Below, in pieces: positions 1-8,047 of a DNA stretch of 64,000 bases. The stretch spans positions 491,598 through 555,597 of the forward strand of contig CAWCOD010000002.1 of assembly GCA_963797055.1 (NCBI GenBank), read 5' to 3'. The notes beneath the pieces are model-generated. The model saw only the letters and a list, made by a program, of their open reading frames with translations, did not search any database and had not been told where the DNA came from. A program made the position numbers and the translations under genes. The first letter of the stretch is position 1, and every line of letters starts with the position of its first letter. Source of the stretch: an uncultured Holophagae bacterium (lineage in GTDB: Bacteria > Acidobacteriota > Thermoanaerobaculia > Thermoanaerobaculales > Sulfomarinibacteraceae).

Positions 1-207
1 CTTCACCTTCCCTCACTCTCACCTCTCGAGGACTGGCAGGACACGCCCCGCCGCAGGGCGGGTGAACCCGAATCAGGCCGCGTCGCGGCGGCATTCTGGA
101 TCTGGCATCCGGTATCCGCGGTGGGGGTTCGACACGAACTCGAGATTCGGGAACGGGAGGAGTGGAACGATCCCGGGCTGCGCTATGTTGATCGGAGCGG
201 AGAAGAA

Positions 208-879
208 ATGACGACCGAGTATGTGATCCGGATGAAAGAGGCGAGCCGGTACTACCACCGCGGCGACGAGGTCGTGCGCGCCCTGGACGGCGTGACCCTC
301 GAGGTCGCGGCCGGCGAGTCGGTGGCTCTTGTGGGTGCCTCTGGGTCGGGCAAGTCGACTCTGCTCAACCTGGTGTCGGCGGTGGACCGGCCTACCGGGG
401 GCCGAGTCGAGGTCTGCGGCGTCGACCTCGCCGCGGCGTCGGAGGCCGAGATGCTCGACCTCCGTCGTCACAGCATCGGGCTGGTCTTTCAGGCATTTCA
501 CCTGGTGCCCCATTTAACGGTGACGGAGAATGTCGCGCTCCCGCTCGCCCTCGATGGGCGACGCGACGATGCGCGGGTGGCTTCGCTGCTGGATCGGGTC
601 GGTCTCGGCCACCGCAGCCGTCATTTCCCGTCGGAGCTGTCCGGCGGCGAACAACAGCGGACCGCGCTCGCGCGCGCCCTGGTCCACCGGCCACGGGTCC
701 TGGTGGCCGACGAGCCGACGGGCAATCTTGACTCGAAGACCGGTGCCGCAGTGCTCGAGCTGATCGACGAACTCAAGCGGGAGGAGGGGGCCGCCCTGAT
801 CCTCGCCACCCACGACGAGCACGTGGCCGCCTCGTTGGACCGAACCGTCCACCTCCACGACGGAAAGATCGTCGAATGA
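208..879 (+). CDS. ABC transporter ATP-binding protein (MacB/LolD type)
   Basis: ORF 121..879. Walker A GASGSGKST, ABC signature LSGGEQQR, Walker B VLVADEPT. ATG 208 follows GGAGCGGAG and gives a typical N-terminus, so it is preferred over GTG 121. Confidence 0.9.
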   Translation: MTTEYVIRMKEASRYYHRGDEVVRALDGVTLEVAAGESVALVGASGSGKSTLLNLVSAVDRPTGGRVEVCGVDLAAASEAEMLDLRRHSIGLVFQAFHLVPHLTVTENVALPLALDGRRDDARVASLLDRVGLGHRSRHFPSELSGGEQQRTALARALVHRPRVLVADEPTGNLDSKTGAAVLELIDELKREEGAALILATHDEHVAASLDRTVHLHDGKIVE

Positions 880-962
880 CCTCAGATTTCAGATTTCAAA
901 TTTCGAGTTGGCCGGGCCGCACGGGCACAGCCCTCGGTCGAGTGTTTTTGGAACCCCAAACG

Positions 963-1012
963 AATCTGCAATCTGCAATCTGCAATCTGCAATTGATGGG
1001 TGGGTGGCCGGG
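963..1012. repeat. Tandem 7-mer array (AATCTGC x4) plus G-tract box
   Basis: AATCTGC x4 at 963..990, then GATGGGTGGGTGGCCGGG. Lies between the ABC ATPase stop and the permease start. Confidence 0.9.
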
Positions 1013-3550
1013 ATGGTCCTGAAGACCCTCCTTTGGCGTCCTCTGAAGCGTCGGCCGTGGCGTTTCCTGGTGACGGTCGTGGGCGTTGCCGCCGGGGTCG
1101 CGGCGGTCGTGGCCACTGTGGCTGCGAGCCGGGCTGCGGTGCGCGCCTTTTCAGAGGGTGTGGACGAGGTGGCGGGACAGGCCCGGATCGAGATCGGCAG
1201 GCCCGGTGGTGTGCCGACCTCCGTGCTCGCCCAGCTCCGCCCGCTTTCGCGCGATGCAGTGATCGTGCCGGTGGTGGAGGAGGTGGCGCTGCTGGTGGAG
1301 CTTGGCGACGGCGTGCGGGTGCTGGGTGTCGATCTCCTGGTGGACTCCCAGGTCCGACCCATGCTCGAGGAGGCCGCTGGCGATAAAGTGGTCGAGCTGC
1401 TCACGGGCCGGGGCGTCGTGCTGCCTACCGTCCTGGCCTCGGAGCTGGGGGTCGAAGCGGGGGACGCGGTGACCCTGTCGGCTCGCGCCCGAGCCGAGCC
1501 ACTGACGGTGGTCGCCACCCTCGACGTGGACCGGTTGTCGGCGGTGTGGGAGAGAGTGGTGGTGATGGACGTGGCGCTGGCCATGGAGCTCTTCGGGCGG
1601 GGTGACGAAGTGGATCGCATCGAACTTGTACCGCGCCCGGGAGTTTCGGAGGCCGAGCTGCGCCAGGGACTCGAGGGCCGACTTCCGGACGACGTGAACG
1701 TTCAGCCACCGTCGCGCCGGCGCGAGACCGCAGAGCAGATGGTGGCCTCGCTGCGATTCAATCTGGTGGCACTGTCCGCGATCTCGGTGCTGGTGGGCGC
1801 CGTGCTGGTGGCCACCACCCTGGCCACATCGGTGGTGCAGCGCCGCTACACCGTGGCACTGCTGCGTTCCCTCGGGGCGTCGCGCGGCCAGATTGCCGGC
1901 GCAGTGCTCGCCGAGGCTGGAGCGATTGGGCTGCTCGGCGGCGTGCTCGGTACCGCTGCTGGCCTTCTGGGGGCCCGTGCGGCGCTGACCAGCGTTCGGT
2001 ATTCGGTGACCGCGTTGCTGCGCACAAGTCTCGCCACCGACATCGAGGCGGAGCTGTGGCTGGTAGCCCTCGGTGTCGGTCTAGCACTGGCGGTGTCATT
2101 GGCAGCTGCGGTACTGCCGTTGGAGGAGGCGCTGCGGACACCGCCGCTCCAGGGCCTGGTGGATGCCGCCCCTCGCCGGATGCGCCTGCTCTCGCTGGCC
2201 TTGCACGGCGCGCTGCTGGCGGCAATGGCCGCCGCGGCCCTCTGGCTCATCGGTCAACCGGCGTGGTGGGGTCTGCCGATCGCCGCCATGGTCGCCTGTC
2301 TGGGGGTGATGGCCATGTTGCTGGTCGGAGCGAGCCCGCTGCTGGACCTGCTGGCACGATTCGGCTCCCGGACGGTGGGTCGACTGACCGGCGTGTCGGT
2401 TCGGCTCGCGTCGGCGGCGATTTCGGCGAGCCGGCGCCGGGCGGCGTGGGCCGGTGGAGCGGTCTCGGTGTCGGTGGCTTTGGCAGTGGCCATTGTGACC
2501 ATGGTGGGTTCATTTCGTGGAACCGTCGAACGATGGTCCGAAGAGGGGATGCGGGCCGACGTCTGGATGCGACCGTTGGCCATGGAGCGCGGCGTGCCCA
2601 CCGGTCAACTGGATCCTGCCATCGTCGACCTGGCGGTCGATTTGTTTGGCGACGAGGCGGTGGATCCCTTTTACGCCATCGACATCAGCTACCGGGGTCG
2701 ACCGGTGTCGTTCGCGGGGGCGGCCTTCGATGTGGTGGCCCGCCATGGCAGCGTTCCCTTCCCGGGCCGCGACTCGAGCGAGGTCTTCGCGCAAGCCTGG
2801 ACCGAACGCGGCGCGGTGGTCAACGAGCCCTTCGCCAACCGATTCGGGGTCGTCGAGGGAGATCGGCTGGTTCTCGACCTGCCCGGCGGCCCCTTCGAGA
2901 CCCACGTGGTCGGCGTGTTCTCCGACTACTCGCGCTCGCACGGTCTGGTGGTGGTGGACCGTTCGCAGTTTCTCGAGAGATTTCCTGGCCGGGGGCCCCT
3001 GGATATGGCGCTGTTCCTCCCCGACGATGTCGATGCGTTGGCGGCCCGGGATCGGATGCTGGACGCGGTCAGAGGCCGGTTTCTCATCGAAGCGTTCTCC
3101 AACCGCGAGCTCAAGACCGAAGTGCTGGCGGCCTTCGAGAAGACTTTCGCCATCACCACGGCACTTTCCATCGTGGCGGCCGTGGTGGCGGTGGTGGCGG
3201 TGTTGACCGTGCTGCTCACCTTGGTGGGGGAGCGCCGACGTGAGCTGGCCACCGTGCGGGCTCTGGGCGCCTCCCGTCGCCAGATCGGCACCATGGTCGT
3301 GGCCGAGGCCGGTCTGCTCGCGGTGGCAGCCACCGTCGCCGGCGTTGCGGCGGGCCTGGTCGTGGGCGTGATCCTCGTGGAGGTGGTCAACCTGCAGAGC
3401 TTTGGCTGGTCGCTCGATCTCGATCTGCCGTGGTCCGAGGTCCTCCGCATCGCTGGCTGGGTGGCCGTCGCGTGCGTGGCGGCCGGACTGGTGCCGGCGC
3501 TGGCCGCGTTGAGGCTCGAGCCGTCGGAGGTGCTCCGTGAAGAGCGTTGA
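1013..3550 (+). CDS. ABC transporter permease with duplicated FtsX-like modules
   Basis: ORF 908..3550. The internal ATG at 1013 (MVLKTLLWRPLKRRPW) avoids translating the upstream tandem repeat. Two FtsX-type modules (LRSLGASRGQIAGAVLAEAG and VRALGASRRQIGTMVVAEAG), each followed by TM helices. Downstream of the ATPase on the same strand. Confidence 0.88.
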   Translation: MVLKTLLWRPLKRRPWRFLVTVVGVAAGVAAVVATVAASRAAVRAFSEGVDEVAGQARIEIGRPGGVPTSVLAQLRPLSRDAVIVPVVEEVALLVELGDGVRVLGVDLLVDSQVRPMLEEAAGDKVVELLTGRGVVLPTVLASELGVEAGDAVTLSARARAEPLTVVATLDVDRLSAVWERVVVMDVALAMELFGRGDEVDRIELVPRPGVSEAELRQGLEGRLPDDVNVQPPSRRRETAEQMVASLRFNLVALSAISVLVGAVLVATTLATSVVQRRYTVALLRSLGASRGQIAGAVLAEAGAIGLLGGVLGTAAGLLGARAALTSVRYSVTALLRTSLATDIEAELWLVALGVGLALAVSLAAAVLPLEEALRTPPLQGLVDAAPRRMRLLSLALHGALLAAMAAAALWLIGQPAWWGLPIAAMVACLGVMAMLLVGASPLLDLLARFGSRTVGRLTGVSVRLASAAISASRRRAAWAGGAVSVSVALAVAIVTMVGSFRGTVERWSEEGMRADVWMRPLAMERGVPTGQLDPAIVDLAVDLFGDEAVDPFYAIDISYRGRPVSFAGAAFDVVARHGSVPFPGRDSSEVFAQAWTERGAVVNEPFANRFGVVEGDRLVLDLPGGPFETHVVGVFSDYSRSHGLVVVDRSQFLERFPGRGPLDMALFLPDDVDALAARDRMLDAVRGRFLIEAFSNRELKTEVLAAFEKTFAITTALSIVAAVVAVVAVLTVLLTLVGERRRELATVRALGASRRQIGTMVVAEAGLLAVAATVAGVAAGLVVGVILVEVVNLQSFGWSLDLDLPWSEVLRIAGWVAVACVAAGLVPALAALRLEPSEVLREER

Positions 3551-3570
3551 GGGTTCCCACCCGTCCGCGA

Positions 3571-3605
3571 GGTGGGAAGGTGGGAAGGTGAGAAGGAGAG
3601 GTGGG
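3571..3605. repeat. Tandem 8-mer array (GGTGRGAA), left arm of an inverted pair
   Basis: GGTGGGAAGGTGGGAAGGTGAGAAGGAGAGGTGGG. Its partner is at 3741..3774. Confidence 0.85.
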
Positions 3606-3740
3606 CGCGAACGCGAGTCCCCTGCGTGTTCGGCCTTCGGGGGGCCGCGTCGTCACGAAAGGCGATCCAGTCGCAGTTTTCTGGAGGTCCGGTCAGGGAC
3701 GCGCTGTGAAAACCAAGACCTTCAATCCGATCGCGTCGCC

Positions 3741-3774
3741 CTTTCACCTTCTCACCCCCTCACCTTCTCACCTT
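3741..3774. repeat. Tandem 8-mer array (TTCTCACC), right arm of an inverted pair
   Basis: CTTTCACCTTCTCACCCCCTCACCTTCTCACCTTG; the reverse complement is about 80% identical to 3571..3605. Confidence 0.85.
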
Positions 3775-3832
3775 GTGTCTCGGAGAGACCTGGCGCGCCC
3801 GGTCAACGCGCCCTCTGCCGTACCGGGCGAGT

Positions 3833-3985
3833 GGGGGCGCGCTGGGCGGGCGTGCCGTCCGCACACGCGTCGCGAACGCGGGGACCGGTGCCAGGCACCG
3901 TCGAAATCGAATCGGAGCACGAGATCGACACATCTGTGGCGGTGCCTGGCACCGACATGGAGATCGCGAATGCGATGGTGGCGGT
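3833..3985 (+). repeat. Dispersed repeat family A, copy 1
   Basis: GGGCGGGCGTGCCGTCC module, then GGTGCCAGGCACC (3887..3899), a 41-nt conserved spacer and GGTGCCTGGCACC (3941..3953), then GACATGGAGATCG. Overlaps the attH-like start. Confidence 0.85.
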
Positions 3986-5088
3986 ACGTTGGCAGATCGA
4001 TGCTCGCCGTGCTGCTCACGGTCAGCTGCACTACGGCCGTGGCCACGGGTGCGGAGGGGGTCGATTGGGAACGGATCACCGGTCCTCCGGAGATCGATCT
4101 TCCACGGGATCACGGGGCGCACCCGGAAGTCCAGACCGAGTGGTGGTATCTCACGGCGAACCTCACGGGCACCGATGGCAACCGGTACGGCGTTCAGGTG
4201 ACGTTCTTTCGGAGCGGCCTCGACGCCTCGCCGCCGCAGCCGGACTCATCCCCGCTGCGGGCGCGTCAGGCGCTTGCGGCGCATCTGGCGGTGGTGGATG
4301 TGGAGCGGGGCGCGTTCCGCCACGCCGAGCGGGTCCGCCGCGCCGACGGCGGATTTGCCGGCTTCGCCACCGACGACCTGGGAGTCTGGCTGGGGGACTG
4401 GCAGCTCGAGCGGCGGGCCGACGACACCCTCGTGGCCGCGGCTTCCGACCGGGCGTCAGGAATCGGCGTGGAGCTCGAGTACCGGCCCGCCAAGCCGCTG
4501 GTCCGCCAGGGTGTCGACGGTTACTCGCAGAAGGGCTCCGACCCGGGCAACGCCTCGGCTTACCTGAGCTGGACGCGGCTCGAGGTGTCCGGGAGGCTCG
4601 TCCTCGACGGGCGCGAGGTGGAGGTCTCCGGTGCCGGCTGGTTCGATCACGAGTGGGGCACGTCCCAGCTCGGTGACGGCGTCGCCGGCTGGGACTGGTT
4701 CAGCCTCCGTCTCGACGACGGCTCGGAGCTGATGGTCTACCGGCTGCGCCGGGAGGACGGCTCCCCCGACCCCTATTCCTCCGGCACCCTTGTCCGAACC
4801 GACGGAACCACCCGCAGGTTGGCAGTGGACCAGGTGGTGCTGGAACCGACGGGATCATGGATCAGCCCGGAGACCGGTGGGTCGTACCCGTCGGGCTGGC
4901 GCATCGGAGTGCCGTCAGAAGGTCTCGACCTGACCGTCGAGCCGCTGCTGCCCTCGGCCGAGCTCGACGGCCGCGCCTCCACCGGGGTTGTCTACTGGGA
5001 GGGTCCGGTTGCGGTCACCGGGTCGCACACCGGGGAGGGCTACACCGAGCTCACCGGCTACGCGGGGAGCCTCGCCGGACGGTTCTGA
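3970..5088 (+). CDS. AttH-like lipocalin / CrtC (hydroxyneurosporene synthase) family protein, secreted
   Basis: ORF 3601..5088. Only the part from ATG 3970 looks coding (signal-like MLAVLLTVSCTTAVATGA). Family motif DHGAHPEVQTEWWYLTANLTGTDGNRYGVQVTFFR. The start is uncertain because 3833..3985 is a dispersed repeat copy; the alternative start is ATG 4000. Confidence 0.8.
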   Translation: MRWWRYVGRSMLAVLLTVSCTTAVATGAEGVDWERITGPPEIDLPRDHGAHPEVQTEWWYLTANLTGTDGNRYGVQVTFFRSGLDASPPQPDSSPLRARQALAAHLAVVDVERGAFRHAERVRRADGGFAGFATDDLGVWLGDWQLERRADDTLVAAASDRASGIGVELEYRPAKPLVRQGVDGYSQKGSDPGNASAYLSWTRLEVSGRLVLDGREVEVSGAGWFDHEWGTSQLGDGVAGWDWFSLRLDDGSELMVYRLRREDGSPDPYSSGTLVRTDGTTRRLAVDQVVLEPTGSWISPETGGSYPSGWRIGVPSEGLDLTVEPLLPSAELDGRASTGVVYWEGPVAVTGSHTGEGYTELTGYAGSLAGRF

Positions 5089-5089
5089 G

Positions 5090-5154
5090 CCCCGCCCACC
5101 CCCGCGCGATCGAAGATCGAAGAACAAAGATCGAAGATCCCGCGCCCACCCGGG
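5090..5154. repeat. C-tract box / 7-mer array (GAAGATC, GAACAAA) / C-tract box
   Basis: CCCCGCCCACCCCC, then GATCGAAGATCGAAGAACAAAGATCGAAGATCC, then CGCGCCCACCCGGG. Confidence 0.9.
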
Positions 5155-5156
5155 AT

Positions 5157-5210
5157 GGGGGCGCAATGGGCGGGCGTGCCGTTCTGGAGCGCATCGGATA
5201 CGCGCGGGCC
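5157..5210 (+). repeat. Family A, 5' module only (truncated copy)
   Basis: GGGCGCAATGGGCGGGCGTGCCGTTCTGGAGCGCATCGGATACGCGCGGGCC matches 5313..5364 and then breaks into a CCCGAG hexamer array. Confidence 0.8.
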
Positions 5211-5312
5211 CTATCCCGAGCCCGAGCCCGAGCCCGTTACCGGCTCCGTGCCCGGGCCGGATCAAAACGAAGAACAAAGAACAAAGATCCCCCACCCACC
5301 CGGATCTTGAAA

Positions 5313-5490
5313 GGGCGCGATGGGCGGGCGTGCCGTCCTGGAGCGCATCGGATACGCGCGGGCCGGTGCCAGGCACCGTCGAAATCGAATCGGAGCACGA
5401 GATCGACACATCTGCGGCGGTGCCTGGCACCGACATGAAGATCGGAATGCGAAGGGTGGCAACCTGCCGCCGGCAGCGGTTGTGGCCGTG
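5313..5490 (+). repeat. Dispersed repeat family A, copy 2 (most complete)
   Basis: All modules present. Perfect 13-bp arms at 5365..5377 and 5419..5431. Tail GGGTGGCAACCTGCCGCCGGCAGCGGTTGTGGCC is shared with 18252.. and 44700..44757. Confidence 0.9.
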
Positions 5491-5721
5491 GGCGGCGGTC
5501 AATTCGCAATTCGCAATTCGGATTGGTGTTGGCGGCCCGGGGGCCTGGTTGGTGCCAATTTGACAACTGCCGTTCCGAGCCCCACATTGATCTCAATAAC
5601 ATCTTCGAGATGAATGGGTAAATTTCAGAAGCGTTGATGGGTCTCGCGTCAGGGGTATGGCTGTGGGGTTGTTTCTGCGATTGATTCCTACAAACAAACG
5701 CGCGAGCGACATTGGAGAACG

Positions 5722-5835
5722 GCGCCTCCCTCGGAGGTGCCTGGCATCCCGATTCGCCGAGGTCGATGAGCGACCTGGCTCGTGGGGGCGAATCGGCGTG
5801 CCTGGCACCCTCACGGGAAGCGCGGCGGGAACATC
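5722..5835 (+). repeat. Dispersed repeat family B, copy 1
   Basis: GGAGGTGCCTGGCATCCCGATTCGCC, a variable loop, then GGCGAATCGGCGTGCCTGGCACCCTCACGGGAAGCG. Confidence 0.85.
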
Positions 5836-5951
5836 GGCGCGTCGAAAATGACACGTCCTGCCTGCTCCGTCGCGCCAGTTCTCCCTTCGCGCTCCCCGAG
5901 GTTACTCGCGGCCGGTGGCCGCGCCCACTGCCGCATCGGGTGGGTGGGCGG

Positions 5952-5984
5952 CAACTTTCAACTTTCGACTTTTCAACTTCCAAC
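5952..5984. repeat. 7-mer array (CAACTTT-like) after GGGTGGGTGGGCGG
   Basis: Box at 5938..5951. The array ends 15 nt before ATG 6000. Confidence 0.9.
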
Positions 5985-5999
5985 TCGAGAGGGGAGATC

Positions 6000-7667
6000 A
6001 TGAAAACGAAACACGTCGTGTTGTTGGCGGCGATTATTGTGTGCTGCTCAGGATTGGCGATGGCCCAGACCGAGTGGGTCGAATACCCGGACAACCCGGT
6101 CCTTGGGCCGGGTGATCCGGGGGCGTGGGACTCAGCTTACCGGGAGGTCCTCAACGTCGTGTCCGACGGCTCGATGTATCACCTGTACTTCTGGGGCACC
6201 GATGACGAGGACAACATCCCGGCCGCCATCGGCCATGCCACCTCATCAGACGGCGTGACGTGGACCATTGATCCCAACAACCCGGTATTGACCACGGGGG
6301 CCGAGGGGGAGTGGGACGAAGGCGGCATCGTTAATTTCGCAGTGATTTACGACAACGCCGAGTTCCACGTGTGGTACGCAGGGTGGATCGACGACTGGAA
6401 CTCTGGCGTCGGGTATGCCACCTCGCCCGACGGCAGCACGTGGACGAAGTACTCGGGGAACCCGGTCCTCGGCCACGGGTCTGCCGGGTCGTTCGATGAG
6501 AGCGGCGTTTTCCCTCGCAGCGTGATTTTCGACGGGGGAACCTACCGGATGTGGTACACGGGAGTGGACGTGCCCGATTTCTTCTTTACGATCGGTTACG
6601 CCGAATCCCCCGACGGGATCTCGTGGACAAAGCACCCGGGCCCGGTCCTCGGACCGGGATCGGGTTGGGACTCCTGGGACGTGTGGGGTCCGTCGGTCAT
6701 CTTTGACGGGTCGATCTACCACATGTGGTACACGGGATCCGAGCTTGTCGAGGGCTGGGTGTTCCCCGGGGGAATCGGCTACGCCGCCTCGGCGGACGGC
6801 ATCGAGTGGACGAAGTACCCGGACAATCCGGTGTTCGTTTTAGACGAGAGGCTAGTGAGTTATGGGAGTGTCGTGTTTGACGGCTCGGCCTACCGGATGT
6901 GGTATATGGATGGGGTCGTCGAGGGACCACCGGCGGAGATCGCGTACGCCACCTCCGACTGTTGCGCCCCCCCGATTTTCCGGCAGACCATCCCAGCGGC
7001 GGCGCTGGCATCGGGCGCTCAGGGATCCTTCTACCAGACCGATTTGGACCTCAACAACGCCGGTGACCAGCCGGTGGAGTACGAGTTCTGGTGGCTGCCC
7101 CGGGGCGAGACCAACACCGAGCCGACCAGGTCGGAGACCTTCAGCCTCGGTGCGGGCATGAGCGTGCGCTACGCCAATGTGCTGTCCGAGGTCTTCGGCC
7201 TTGAGCCCAACTCCTTCGGGGCGCTGTCGATTCTGTCGTCGAGCCCGGATCTGCTGGCCATGAGCCGGACCTACAACAACCCCGAGGGCGAGGACGCGGG
7301 CACCTTCGGCCAGGCCATTCCGGCGGTGCCACCGAGCGACTTCATCCAGACCGGCGAGCGACGGAGAATCCTCTTCGCCAGCGAGCACGAGGACCTGCGG
7401 TTCAACGTGGGCTGCCAGAGCGGCAGCGGCGAAGGGACCATGATCGTCAACCTCGAGCTCTTCGATGACGAGGGCACGTCGTTGGAGCAGACCATGATGA
7501 TCCTCAGGGCCTGGGGCAACGACCAGCTCAACCGGATCTTCCAGGACTACATGCCGGTGAACGGCTACGTCGATGTCTGGACCACCTTGCAGAACAAGAG
7601 CTTCTACTGCTACGGATCGGTGCTCGACAACGTGACCAGTGATCCGACGACGGTGCTGCCGCAGTGA
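6000..7667 (+). CDS. Secreted GH43/GH130-like beta-propeller protein with conserved C-terminal domain of unknown function (paralog 1)
   Basis: ORF 5712..7667. ATG 6000 follows RBS GAGAGGGGAG and gives signal peptide [23 protein letters not shown]. Five to six blade repeats (DG..YHMWY ... IGYA.S.DG..WTK...NPVL). The C-terminal ~230 aa ([24 protein letters not shown] ... [16 protein letters not shown]) is shared with 8048..9717 and 18796..20439. Confidence 0.85.
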   Translation: MKTKHVVLLAAIIVCCSGLAMAQTEWVEYPDNPVLGPGDPGAWDSAYREVLNVVSDGSMYHLYFWGTDDEDNIPAAIGHATSSDGVTWTIDPNNPVLTTGAEGEWDEGGIVNFAVIYDNAEFHVWYAGWIDDWNSGVGYATSPDGSTWTKYSGNPVLGHGSAGSFDESGVFPRSVIFDGGTYRMWYTGVDVPDFFFTIGYAESPDGISWTKHPGPVLGPGSGWDSWDVWGPSVIFDGSIYHMWYTGSELVEGWVFPGGIGYAASADGIEWTKYPDNPVFVLDERLVSYGSVVFDGSAYRMWYMDGVVEGPPAEIAYATSDCCAPPIFRQTIPAAALASGAQGSFYQTDLDLNNAGDQPVEYEFWWLPRGETNTEPTRSETFSLGAGMSVRYANVLSEVFGLEPNSFGALSILSSSPDLLAMSRTYNNPEGEDAGTFGQAIPAVPPSDFIQTGERRRILFASEHEDLRFNVGCQSGSGEGTMIVNLELFDDEGTSLEQTMMILRAWGNDQLNRIFQDYMPVNGYVDVWTTLQNKSFYCYGSVLDNVTSDPTTVLPQ

Positions 7668-7880
7668 GCCAGGGAGCAGGGCAGCGCTCCCATCGGAGGC
7701 GCGGCGGGCAGTCCCGAGCTCGACCGAGGCCGACCAACGACCTGTCATCGTCGGAGGAGCGAAATCGCGGCGTGCCTGGCACCCTCATGGGAAGCGCGGC
7801 GGGAACATCGGCGCGACGAAAATGACACGTCCTGCCTGCTCGCGTCGCTGCCCGTTCTCCCTTCGCGCTCTCCGAGGTTG

Positions 7881-7954
7881 CCAGGTACGCGCATTGTGCG
7901 GCCCCATCGACATCGCCCGGCCGTCGCCAGTTGTTCGCACAATGACGTACCTGG
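7881..7954. repeat. Hairpin element family E, copy 1
   Basis: CCAGGTACGCGCATTGTGCGGCC, about a 30-nt loop, then GTTCGCACAATGACGTACCTGG. It is inserted in the paralog-2 leader relative to the paralog-1 leader. Confidence 0.8.
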
Positions 7955-8000
7955 CACGCCCGATCATCGCGCCCACTGCCAGATCCAAGTGGGAGCGCGG

Positions 8001-8032
8001 CAACTTTCAACTGTCAACTTTCAACTTCCAAC
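8001..8032. repeat. 7-mer array (CAACTTT-like) in the paralog-2 leader
   Basis: CAACTTTCAACTGTCAACTTTCAACTTCCAAC; homologous to 5952..5984. Confidence 0.9.
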
Positions 8033-8047
8033 CCGAGAGGGGGAGTC

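Noticed and set aside
5320-5613. Family A elements as small protein genes (for example MGGRAVLERIGYARAGARHRRNRIGARDRHICGGAWHRH).
   Set aside because: Copies occur in both orientations. The reading frame is not preserved between copies, and no RBS or start context is conserved. The conserved feature is the inverted repeat, not a frame.
5735-5760. Sigma54-type promoter in family B elements (TGGCAT-CCCGA-TTCGC resembles TGGCAC-N5-TTGC).
   Set aside because: The GG-to-GC spacing is off by one (TTCGC rather than TTGC). The motif occurs in both orientations regardless of the flanking gene direction, and twice per element. It is better explained as part of the repeat stem.
5237-6094. ORFs spanning repeat-filled intergenic regions (5237..6094 minus, 4915..5502 minus, 49086..49619 minus, 56198..56701 minus, 18353..18762 minus).
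   Set aside because: Their sequence is made of dispersed repeats and tandem arrays present in both orientations elsewhere, so the translations are repeat artefacts.
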